Source: an uncultured Paenibacillaceae bacterium (lineage in GTDB: Bacteria; Bacillota; Bacilli; Aneurinibacillales; Aneurinibacillaceae). From it: 64,000 bases of DNA. Both the position numbers and the translations under genes were made by a program. Position 1 is the stretch's first letter; each line of letters begins with the position of its first letter. The DNA lies in contig CALNBV010000235.1 of NCBI GenBank assembly GCA_937874515.1, positions 1,210 through 65,209 of the forward strand, in the 5' to 3' direction. Of the stretch, positions 55,650 to 64,000 are shown in pieces. Below the pieces are notes generated by a model. That model was not told the DNA's origin. It did no database searches and saw nothing but the letters and a program-made list of their open reading frames with translations.

Positions 55650-57782
55650 GTGACAAGAAAGAGAATTGGGTATCGCACCTTATCTTTGGGAGTGCTATTT
55701 ACGGCGCTCTTTTTTTTGCTTATTTTACGTACTTTTTGGATTCAAGTGGTAAAAAGCGAAGAAATTATGACGAAAGCCAATGATGTTTGGGAGCGGAGTT
55801 CAGGGGTAACGCCGAAACGGGGAGCCATCTTAGACCGGAATGGGGAAGTTCTTGCTTATACTTCCAAAGCCTATACCGTTATTGCTCGTTTACAACCCTA
55901 TTCTAAAGGAAATCAGAATTATGTGAAGGATAAGGAAAAAACAGCGGTCCAATTGGCGCCGATTATCGGTGCTTCTGCAGAAGAAATTGTTGAAAAATTA
56001 AACAAGGATAGCAAACAAATAGAACTTCGTCCCTGGGGTTGGAAGATTAACGAAGATCAGGCGAAGAAAATTATTGCTCTTAAACTACCAGGGATTAGTC
56101 TATATGAAGAAAGCCGCCGTTACTATCCCAAAGGGGAATTCGCCTCCCATTTAGTGGGCTATGTTGATTTGGATGGCATGGCCCAAATGGGAATTGAAAA
56201 AACACAGAATCAGTCTTTAGCTGGAATCAAAGGCAGCATTAATATGAAAGTGGATCGGAAGGGAAATCCCATTCCTGGAGAAACAGAGGGAAATCGGCCT
56301 GTTATTGATGGGAGCAATGTGGTATTAACCATTGATAAACAAATTCAAGGGTATGTGGAACAGGCGTTAAATGAGATTTGGACCAAATATCAGGCGAAAG
56401 GGATTACTGTTATTGTCTCTGACCCTAATACCGGTGAAATCTTAGGGATGGGGAATCGACCATCCTTTAATCCTAATGAATATCGTAAAGCGGAAATGGG
56501 CCATTTTTTAAATTCAGCCATTGGCAGCAACTACGAACCAGGTTCAACCTTCAAAATCGTTACCCTGGCAGCAGCCATTGAAGAAGGATTATTTAATGCT
56601 AATGAATCCTTTATGTCAGGCTCTTATTCTAAAATAAAAAATGCCCCACCCATAAAGGACCATAATGGAGGAAAAGGATGGGGGACAATTACTTTTAAAG
56701 AAGGGGTTAAACGCTCAAGTAACGTGGCCTTTACAATCCTTGGTTATGAACGTTTACAAAGAGATAAATTATTTTCCTATTTTACTAAGTTTGGTTTTGG
56801 ACAACGTACAGGTATTGAATTGCCAGGGGAGGAATCCGGGTTATTGAATACGAAAACCGAGAACCCCAGGGATATAGCCACCGTGGCCTTCGGGCAAGGG
56901 GTTGGGGTTACCGCCATCCAGCAAGTAGCAGCAGTTGGTGCAGTAGCCAATGGGGGCAATTTAATGAAACCTTATCTGGTAAAAGAAATTTGGGATAGCA
57001 AAAATAAAAAACTTCTTTCAACTAGCAAACCAAAAGTAGTCAGAAGAGTTGTATCAGAACAAACCAGCGCACAGGTAAGAGAGTTATTATCTGCCGTTGT
57101 TAATGAAAAAAACGGAACGGGCCAGGGCTATGCCATGGAAGGTTTCCAGGTAGCGGGGAAAACAGGAACAGCCCAGGTTTTTGAAAATGGAAAGTATGTT
57201 GAAGGGAAATATATTACATCCTTTATTGGTTTTGCTCCAAAAGATAATCCTAAACTTCTTATTTATGTTGTGGTGGATCAACCAGAAATTGATAATCAAG
57301 GAGCTGGTGGAACTCTAATCGCTGTACCAATCTTCAAATCAGTGATGGAAAATAGTTTGCGTTATTTGCATTATATTCCTGTGATTCCTGGGAAAACAGA
57401 AGCGGGTACCGATAGTTTATCCTTTACTATGCCTTCTTTAGCGGGTTTAACAGTAGCTAACGCTGAAAAGCAATGCAAGAATTTGGGATTGACCTTTGAG
57501 AAATTCGGAAATGGAAATACAGTGATTAGACAAATCCCTGCTCCGGGAACGTCTATGGTACAAGGAGGAAAAGCCATTTTATTAACTTCAAATGAGAAGG
57601 TGGCAATGCCAGACTTGACAGGAAGAACCTTACGGGAAGTTACGGAAGTATGTGAATTGTTAGGGATTAAACTGGTAAGCGCCAAAGGGGTAGGATATGT
57701 AGTTTCTCAAACCATTGCTCCAGGGACTCTGTTGGGTAAAGGGCCAAGCCTCCAGGTGCAATTGTCACCGAAAAACCCATAG
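55650..57782 (+). CDS. pbpB: class B penicillin-binding protein 2B (FtsI-type) with two PASTA domains
   Basis: STFK, SSN and KTGT motifs with two C-terminal PASTA repeats. GTG start. Confidence 0.92.
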   Translation: MTRKRIGYRTLSLGVLFTALFFLLILRTFWIQVVKSEEIMTKANDVWERSSGVTPKRGAILDRNGEVLAYTSKAYTVIARLQPYSKGNQNYVKDKEKTAVQLAPIIGASAEEIVEKLNKDSKQIELRPWGWKINEDQAKKIIALKLPGISLYEESRRYYPKGEFASHLVGYVDLDGMAQMGIEKTQNQSLAGIKGSINMKVDRKGNPIPGETEGNRPVIDGSNVVLTIDKQIQGYVEQALNEIWTKYQAKGITVIVSDPNTGEILGMGNRPSFNPNEYRKAEMGHFLNSAIGSNYEPGSTFKIVTLAAAIEEGLFNANESFMSGSYSKIKNAPPIKDHNGGKGWGTITFKEGVKRSSNVAFTILGYERLQRDKLFSYFTKFGFGQRTGIELPGEESGLLNTKTENPRDIATVAFGQGVGVTAIQQVAAVGAVANGGNLMKPYLVKEIWDSKNKKLLSTSKPKVVRRVVSEQTSAQVRELLSAVVNEKNGTGQGYAMEGFQVAGKTGTAQVFENGKYVEGKYITSFIGFAPKDNPKLLIYVVVDQPEIDNQGAGGTLIAVPIFKSVMENSLRYLHYIPVIPGKTEAGTDSLSFTMPSLAGLTVANAEKQCKNLGLTFEKFGNGNTVIRQIPAPGTSMVQGGKAILLTSNEKVAMPDLTGRTLREVTEVCELLGIKLVSAKGVGYVVSQTIAPGTLLGKGPSLQVQLSPKNP

Positions 57783-57853
57783 CTTGTTCTATCTTATCTC
57801 TTCTTTGAATAGGGTATTTCTTGAGAAGACCCTTATTGAGGAGGAGTATTAGA

Positions 57854-59767
57854 TTGCGAGTATCTGGCGTAACTGTTCGAAGAAGGATCTTTGTTTCATT
57901 AATTGTGGGCTTGATATTTTTTAGTGTATTAATCTTTCGTTTAGGTTATATCCAAATCTTTAAAGGGCAATGGTTAAGTGAGAATGCTGAGGATCTTTGG
58001 AGTCGCAATATATACTTTGAAGCGCGAAGAGGAAAGATTTATGACAGAAATGGCGTGTTGTTAGCCTATAATGTTAGTGTCCCATCTATTTGGGGTGTGC
58101 CTGCCCAAATTAAAGACCCTGTAGGCACCGCCAAAAAGCTTGCTCCTATTTTGAAACAAGATGAAAAGAAAATTTATAAAGAAATATCAAAGAAGCAACT
58201 CCTTGTTAGGGTACCCGGTGGACGGAAAATAGAACAAGCAGTAGCTTCCCAGGTCCAACAATTAAATTTGCCAGGAATTCGGTTAGCGGATGATAATAAA
58301 CGTTACTATCCTAAAGGGGCTTTTCTTTCCCATGTGTTAGGATTTACAGGAATTGATAATCAAGGGTTAACAGGAATTGAGAAAATTTACGATAAGAAGC
58401 TTAATGGGGAACGAGGGTATATCTCCTTTAATTCCAATGCGAAGGGGGAAATTATCCCGGGGACAACAGAACAATTTGTCCCTCCAAAAGATGGTGCTGA
58501 TTTACATTTAACCATTGATTCTAATATCCAAACCATTATTGAGCGAGAACTAAATCAGGTGGCAGCCCAGTATCAACCTGATGATGCCCTTGTGATTGCA
58601 GTATCTCCTAAAACAGGGGAAGTTCTTGGGATGGCCAGTCGCCCCCATTACAACCCTGAAACCTATAAAGATTACCCTTCTTCTGTTTATAACCGGAACC
58701 TGCCCATTTGGAAAACCTATGAGCCAGGTTCAACATTTAAGATTATTACCTTAGCAGCAGCCTTGCAAGAAGGCAAAGTAGATTTATTAAACGATACCTT
58801 TGATTGTCCAGGAGAAATCAATGTCGCTGGAACAACCATCCATTGTTGGAAACGTGGGGGTCATGGACACCAAACCTTCTTAGAAGGGGTAGAAAACTCC
58901 TGTAACCCTGGATTTGTACTAATGGGACAACGATTAGGCAAAGAGAAATTATTTGAATACATTAAGAAATTCGGTTTTGGGCAAAAGACAGGAATTGACC
59001 TTCTTGGGGAAGAAAATGGCCTTCTTTTTAAATTAAATCGAGTAGGGCCTATTGAGTTAGCTACCACGTCCTTTGGCCAGGGGGTGTCTGTCACGCCTAT
59101 TCAGCAGGCGATGGCTGTTTCTGCGGCAGTAAATGGCGGGACTCTCATGAAGCCTTTTGTAGCAAAAACTACCACAGACCCGGTGACAGGGAAAGTGATT
59201 GAGGAAACAAAACCGCAAAAAGTGGGTCAGATTATTTCTCCGGAAACCTCAGCAAAGGTGCGCCATGCATTACAGAGTGTGGTTGCCAATGGAACAGGGC
59301 GGAACGCCTATGTTGACGGGTATCAGGTGGGTGGAAAGACCGGTACTGCCCAGGTTGTTGAAAATGGAGTGTATTCTAGCAATAAATATATCGTATCTTT
59401 CATTGGGTTTGCTCCAGGGGATAATCCAGAAATGGTCATTTATGGTGCAGTATCTAATCCAAAAGCATTGGCTTTTGGTGGCTTAATTGCAGCCCCAATG
59501 GTCAAGAATATCATAGAATCATCTGTCCGATATTTAAATATTCCCCCTAAGTCTACAGGCATGGAGAAAAAGTATAAATATCCAGATAAGAAAATCGTAC
59601 AGGTGCCCAATCTCGTTGGTTTAACCCGTCAAGAACTAGTGAATAACTATTATACATTCTCCCTTGATATACGCGGAACAGGGAATAAAGTCATCTATCA
59701 ATCACCTCAAGCGGGAACAAGGGTTGAAGAAGGAGCGGGAATTAGTATCCTTCTGGGTGACAAATAA
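57854..59767 (+). CDS. spoVD: sporulation-specific class B PBP SpoVD (one PASTA domain)
   Basis: TTG 57854 lies 7 nt after GAGGAGGAG and gives (M)RVSGVTVRRRI, like the B. subtilis SpoVD MRVSNVTVRKR. STFK, SCN and KTGT motifs. Confidence 0.88.
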   Translation: MRVSGVTVRRRIFVSLIVGLIFFSVLIFRLGYIQIFKGQWLSENAEDLWSRNIYFEARRGKIYDRNGVLLAYNVSVPSIWGVPAQIKDPVGTAKKLAPILKQDEKKIYKEISKKQLLVRVPGGRKIEQAVASQVQQLNLPGIRLADDNKRYYPKGAFLSHVLGFTGIDNQGLTGIEKIYDKKLNGERGYISFNSNAKGEIIPGTTEQFVPPKDGADLHLTIDSNIQTIIERELNQVAAQYQPDDALVIAVSPKTGEVLGMASRPHYNPETYKDYPSSVYNRNLPIWKTYEPGSTFKIITLAAALQEGKVDLLNDTFDCPGEINVAGTTIHCWKRGGHGHQTFLEGVENSCNPGFVLMGQRLGKEKLFEYIKKFGFGQKTGIDLLGEENGLLFKLNRVGPIELATTSFGQGVSVTPIQQAMAVSAAVNGGTLMKPFVAKTTTDPVTGKVIEETKPQKVGQIISPETSAKVRHALQSVVANGTGRNAYVDGYQVGGKTGTAQVVENGVYSSNKYIVSFIGFAPGDNPEMVIYGAVSNPKALAFGGLIAAPMVKNIIESSVRYLNIPPKSTGMEKKYKYPDKKIVQVPNLVGLTRQELVNNYYTFSLDIRGTGNKVIYQSPQAGTRVEEGAGISILLGDK

Positions 59768-59844
59768 GGAAAAGAGCATTACAATGAATGACGGTGGAAA
59801 TTTATTCAATGATGTAGGAAACAAGGGAAAGTAGGTGGAAGGGA

Positions 59845-61341
59845 ATGCAACTTCGTGATTTGCTGAAGGCCTTGTCCATTTCCCGGACCATTGGCAATGA
59901 TCAAATAGAAATTACAGGGATTACTGCAGATTCTCGTCAGGTAAAACCAGGGGATTTGTTTGTATGCCTTACAGGTTTTACTGTAGATGGCCATCAATAT
60001 GCTGCTAAGGCGCAAGAATTAGGGGCGGTGGCGATTCTGGCAGAAAAGGAAATTCAAGTGGATGTGACAAGGGTATATGTGCCTGATACACGCCGGGCCA
60101 TGGCCATTCTCGCAGATTTTATTTTCAAACAACCCTCCCATGATATGAAAGTGATTGGGGTTACAGGTACCAATGGAAAAACGACCACCACACATATTAT
60201 CCAGTCAATTATGGAACAAGTGGGTCATTCCACCGGTGTGATTGGTACCATTGAAATGAGAATAGGGGATCAGGTACGCAAGGCAGTGAATACTACCCCT
60301 GATGCCATTGATTTGCACGAATCCCTCCGTTGGATGGCAGATGCTGGCGCTGAGTATGCGGCCATTGAAGTATCCTCCCATGCCCTTGATCTTGGCAGGG
60401 TAAGAGGGGTCCGCTTTGTCGGAGCCGTATTTACGAATTTAACCCAGGACCATCTGGATTATCATAAAACCATGGATCAGTATAAACAGGCCAAATCCCT
60501 TCTTTTCTCCCAATTAGGGAACGATTATGAACAGGATGATATGAAATACGCCGTACTAAATATGGATGACCCTGCAAGTGATTATTTTGCCAGGGTTACT
60601 TCCGTTCCTGTTGTAGGTTATGGAATGAATAAGGAAGCGGATGTTCGTGCCAGTAATGTGGAAATGAATGCACGGGGCACCCAATTTCAACTAGAAACCT
60701 ATAAGGGGAACATTGATGTGTTTACTCCTCTTATGGGGCTGTTTAACATTTATAATATTTTGGCCGCAGTTGGAGTTTGTTTAATGGAGGGAATTACTCT
60801 TCAACAAATTAAAGAAGGCTTATCCAATGTGCAAGGTGTACGGGGAAGGTTTGAGGCGGTAGATGCCGGACAGGAGTACACAGTCATTGTGGATTATGCC
60901 CATACTCCCGATGGATTGGAAAATGTTTTAAAAACCATTGATGAATTTGCAACCGGGGAAGTATACTGTATCGTTGGTTGCGGTGGGGATCGGGATCGTA
61001 CCAAACGGCCAATTATGGCACAAATTGCTGCCCGCTATTCCCATTTTGCGATTTTAACTTCTGATAATCCTCGTTCAGAAGATCCAGAAGGGATTATCGA
61101 AGATATGGTTGAGGGGCTTACAATGACAAAAGTACCACAGGAGAAATACGTAACCCTTGTGGACCGGCGAGAAGCCATTCGCTATACAATCGGTCGAGCA
61201 AAGCCAGGGGATGTGATTCTTATTGCTGGCAAAGGCCATGAAACCTATCAAATTATTAAAGATCAAGTTCATCATTTTGATGATAAAGAAGAGGCATATT
61301 TTGCCATACTAAATAAGAAGAAAATGGATGGAGAGCGTTAG
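59845..61341 (+). CDS. murE: UDP-N-acetylmuramoyl-L-alanyl-D-glutamate--2,6-diaminopimelate ligase
   Basis: GVTGTNGKTTT, plus the DNPR motif (SDNPRSEDP) that indicates meso-DAP specificity. Confidence 0.95.
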   Translation: MQLRDLLKALSISRTIGNDQIEITGITADSRQVKPGDLFVCLTGFTVDGHQYAAKAQELGAVAILAEKEIQVDVTRVYVPDTRRAMAILADFIFKQPSHDMKVIGVTGTNGKTTTTHIIQSIMEQVGHSTGVIGTIEMRIGDQVRKAVNTTPDAIDLHESLRWMADAGAEYAAIEVSSHALDLGRVRGVRFVGAVFTNLTQDHLDYHKTMDQYKQAKSLLFSQLGNDYEQDDMKYAVLNMDDPASDYFARVTSVPVVGYGMNKEADVRASNVEMNARGTQFQLETYKGNIDVFTPLMGLFNIYNILAAVGVCLMEGITLQQIKEGLSNVQGVRGRFEAVDAGQEYTVIVDYAHTPDGLENVLKTIDEFATGEVYCIVGCGGDRDRTKRPIMAQIAARYSHFAILTSDNPRSEDPEGIIEDMVEGLTMTKVPQEKYVTLVDRREAIRYTIGRAKPGDVILIAGKGHETYQIIKDQVHHFDDKEEAYFAILNKKKMDGER

Positions 61342-61359
61342 AGAGGAGGCTTTATCATT

Positions 61360-62322
61360 ATGGTTGTTAGAGAATTATTTTTCGCGATAGCCGCTGCATT
61401 TCTTATTGCGGTTATTGTGGCCCCACTCTTCATCCCGGTGCTGCGTCGTTTGAAATTTGGACAGACAATTCGTGAGGAAGGTCCACAGGGCCATCAGAAA
61501 AAAGCAGGAACCCCAACCATGGGTGGGATTATTATTTTGCTTGCTTTTACTATTACTGTTTTGCAATTTGCAGAAAAAACGCCAGAAATATTTTTATTGT
61601 TATTTATTACCCTTGGATACGGGTTAATTGGATTTTTAGATGATTTTATTAAAATTAGCTTAAAAAGAAACCTTGGCTTAACCGCTAAACAAAAACTGTT
61701 GGGACAATTAATTATTGGTGCTGTCTTTTATTATGGGTATATCAAAAGCGGATACGATACGGTGATCTCAATTCCATTGATTGACTGGCACTTAGATTTA
61801 GGTTGGTTTTACTTCCCACTGGTTATGCTCATGATGTTATATTTCTCCAATGCGGTGAATTTAACTGATGGCCTTGATGGATTATTGGCTGGAACTGGGG
61901 CCATTGCTTTTAGCGCTTATGCAGTGATTGCCTGGATGTTAAGCCAGATGGATATTGCTATATTCTCAGCAGCAGTGGTGGGTGCGGTTTTAGGATTTCT
62001 TGTGTATAATGCCCATCCAGCCAGGGTATTTATGGGAGATACAGGATCTCTTGCCCTTGGAGGAGCCTTAATCGGGATTGCCCTCCTGACGAAAACGGAA
62101 ATTCTTGTTATACTTATTGGCGGTGTTTTTGTTATGGAGGCACTATCTGTTATTATTCAAGTAATTTCATTTAAAACGAGAAAAAAACGAGTCTTTCGAA
62201 TGAGTCCCTTGCACCATCATTATGAATTAGGTGGTTGGTCAGAATGGCGGGTTGTTGTTACATTCTGGGTCGCAGGGTTAATTTGTGCTGGTCTCGGCGT
62301 TTATATTGGGGTGTTAAATTAA
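61360..62322 (+). CDS. mraY: phospho-N-acetylmuramoyl-pentapeptide transferase
   Basis: 320-aa polytopic protein with [20 protein letters not shown] and PLHHH motifs. Confidence 0.96.
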   Translation: MVVRELFFAIAAAFLIAVIVAPLFIPVLRRLKFGQTIREEGPQGHQKKAGTPTMGGIIILLAFTITVLQFAEKTPEIFLLLFITLGYGLIGFLDDFIKISLKRNLGLTAKQKLLGQLIIGAVFYYGYIKSGYDTVISIPLIDWHLDLGWFYFPLVMLMMLYFSNAVNLTDGLDGLLAGTGAIAFSAYAVIAWMLSQMDIAIFSAAVVGAVLGFLVYNAHPARVFMGDTGSLALGGALIGIALLTKTEILVILIGGVFVMEALSVIIQVISFKTRKKRVFRMSPLHHHYELGGWSEWRVVVTFWVAGLICAGLGVYIGVLN

Positions 62323-62323
62323 A

Positions 62324-63715
62324 ATGTCTATGGATAAAACGAAAGAACTATATTCAGGTAAAAAAATTGTAATTCTGGGCCTTGCTAAAAGCGGAGTTGC
62401 CATTGCAAAAATTATGAAAAATGCTGGGGCTACTGTGGTTGTAAACGACAGAAAACCTGAGGAAGAGTGCCAGGGTGTAGCTGAATTAAGAGGATTGGGG
62501 ATTCCTGTGATTTGTGGGAGCCATCCAGATGACCTCATTGATGCTTCTATAGATTTGCTTATTAAAAACCCGGGGATTCCATATGGGATTTCTCCTATAG
62601 AAAAAGCACTGGAATTAGGGATTCCCGTTGTTACTGAAGTGGAAATCGCCTATCAAATATCTCCTGCGCCCATTATTGGGATTACAGGGTCCAATGGGAA
62701 AACCACAACCACCACTCTCGTAGGGTTAATTTTAGAGGAAGGTGGCCGATCTCCTGTTGTTGCTGGCAATATTGGGACTGTTTTAAGTGAACAGGCAGTT
62801 AACATTCAATCCAAGCAGGTGTTTGTAGCAGAGTTAAGTAGTTTCCAATTAAAGGGAACCCAAACTTTTCGTCCCTGGATTGGTTGCTTACTGAATGTTT
62901 ATAATGCTCATTTGGATTACCATAAAACAAAAGAAGATTATGTACATAGCAAAAGAAACCTATTTGTGAATCAGACAGCAGAAGATATTGCTGTTTTTAA
63001 CTATGATAATTCCTATTGCCGGGATATGGCAGAAGGATTAAAAAGTAAGGTTCTATGGTTTAGTTTAACCCAGGAAGTAGAGCAAGGGAGTTTTCTTAAA
63101 GAGGGGAAAATTTGTTTCCGCCATGCACTTGATGGAGAAATAGAAGAAATAATCCCCATTGAAAATATTGCTCTTCCCGGGGAACATAATTTGGAAAATG
63201 TATTGGCAGCTGTTACCATTACTCGTGCTGCAGGGGTTTCCTCACAAGTGATTCAACAGGTATTAACCACCTTTACTGGGGTTGAACATCGCCTTGAATT
63301 CGTAGGGGAAGTCGATGGGGTTAAATATTATAACGATTCTAAGGCAACCAATCCGGAGGCAGCAAGCCGGGCCATTCGTTCATTTAAACAGCCCATTGTC
63401 CTTATTGCAGGTGGGTTGGATCGGGGCATTGACTTTAAAGAGTTAATCCCTCATTTCCAAAATCGGGTGAAAACGTTACTAACTTACGGGCAAACTGCAG
63501 AAATCCTTTTAAAAAGAGGGGAAGATGCTGGAATTAAGAATTTAATTCGCGTCGATAATGTTAATGACGCGGTTGCCAAAGCCCATCAAGTTGCTGAAGG
63601 GGGAGAAGTGGTTCTTCTTTCCCCGGCATGTGCTAGTTGGGATATGTATACCTCCTTCGAAGAACGGGGAAGCATGTTTAAGCAATCCGTGCATAAGCTT
63701 AAAACAAGCCCATAA
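62324..63715 (+). CDS. murD: UDP-N-acetylmuramoylalanine--D-glutamate ligase
   Basis: GLAKSG Rossmann N-terminus, GITGSNGKTTT and DSKATN motifs. Confidence 0.95.
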   Translation: MSMDKTKELYSGKKIVILGLAKSGVAIAKIMKNAGATVVVNDRKPEEECQGVAELRGLGIPVICGSHPDDLIDASIDLLIKNPGIPYGISPIEKALELGIPVVTEVEIAYQISPAPIIGITGSNGKTTTTTLVGLILEEGGRSPVVAGNIGTVLSEQAVNIQSKQVFVAELSSFQLKGTQTFRPWIGCLLNVYNAHLDYHKTKEDYVHSKRNLFVNQTAEDIAVFNYDNSYCRDMAEGLKSKVLWFSLTQEVEQGSFLKEGKICFRHALDGEIEEIIPIENIALPGEHNLENVLAAVTITRAAGVSSQVIQQVLTTFTGVEHRLEFVGEVDGVKYYNDSKATNPEAASRAIRSFKQPIVLIAGGLDRGIDFKELIPHFQNRVKTLLTYGQTAEILLKRGEDAGIKNLIRVDNVNDAVAKAHQVAEGGEVVLLSPACASWDMYTSFEERGSMFKQSVHKLKTSP

Positions 63716-63795
63716 CCTGTCCGGAGGTTTCATGATCAGGAATTGAACGATTCGGAGAGGGGGGCAATATCCTTAAAAAGTATGGGGTGTTTCTC

Positions 63796-64000
63796 TTGTC
63801 GAAGGTACGTTCGAATCCTGATTTTCTTATTATAATTACGACTTTTTTCCTTTTGGCCATTGGAGTAGTGATGGTTTATAGTTCAAGTGCAGTGGTGGCT
63901 GCACAAAATGGAGACCCTTTTCATTTTTCCAAGAGACAGTTGATATTTGCTGTTTTAGGGGTTGTTTCCATGTTTGTCACTATGAACATTGATTACTGGT
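63796..64000 (+). CDS. spoVE: SEDS-family protein SpoVE/FtsW (5' part only, runs off the window)
   Basis: Not in the track. The TTG 63796 frame is open to the window end and reads (M)SKVRSNPDFLIIITTFFLLAIGVVMVYSSSAV...FSKRQLIFAVLGVVSMFVTMNIDYW. This parallels B. subtilis SpoVE, and the position after murD fits. Confidence 0.8.
   Translation, partial: MSKVRSNPDFLIIITTFFLLAIGVVMVYSSSAVVAAQNGDPFHFSKRQLIFAVLGVVSMFVTMNIDYW

Overview
This is a core-chromosome window from an endospore-forming Firmicute (Bacillales-like, moderately AT-rich by eye). It is densely packed and mostly + strand. From memory, the gene order matches two regions that lie far apart in B. subtilis. (i) 1-28.5 kb carries a yqhQ-like gene, cytochrome c551, aroQ, pepP, efp, spoIIIAA-AH, accBC, asp23/amaP/DUF2273, nusB, folD, xseAB, ispA, dxs, a tlyA-like gene, nadK, argR(ahrC), recN, spoIVB and spo0A. 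(ii) 35-64 kb carries SR1 and speA, yktB, pepA, speD, ylaH/J/K, a yqgX..mgsR-like block, rsfA, bshC, ahcY, and the dcw cluster mraZ-rsmH-ftsL-pbpB-spoVD-murE-mraY-murD-spoVE (truncated at the window end). The joint at 28.5-35 kb holds a CsoR-family regulator, fabI, a PHP phosphoesterase, a PgpA/YutG-like gene, a solitary tRNA(CAT), several small conserved hypotheticals, a MarR regulator and a FixG-like membrane protein. I call 78 CDS (including one 37-codon ORF absent from the track and one 3'-truncated gene), 1 tRNA, 2 small-RNA candidates, and a set of promoters, operators and terminators read directly from the sequence. I saw no CRISPR array, IS/transposase, integrase, prophage, or recognisable defence or toxin-antitoxin module, and I could not find a convincing multi-gene novel system. 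The most interesting items are: an unannotated SR1/SR1P dual-function sRNA homologue next to speA; an orphan promoter-to-terminator C-rich sRNA candidate on the minus strand at 45.77-45.86 kb; a TsaD/Kae1-family gene inserted between nusB and folD; a CstR-like (x-C-x-C) CsoR-family regulator with its own GC-tract operator; and a 4-Cys wHTH regulator divergent from an MgsR/Spx paralogue. All family assignments come from motif recognition and recalled homologue sequences. No database search was run.
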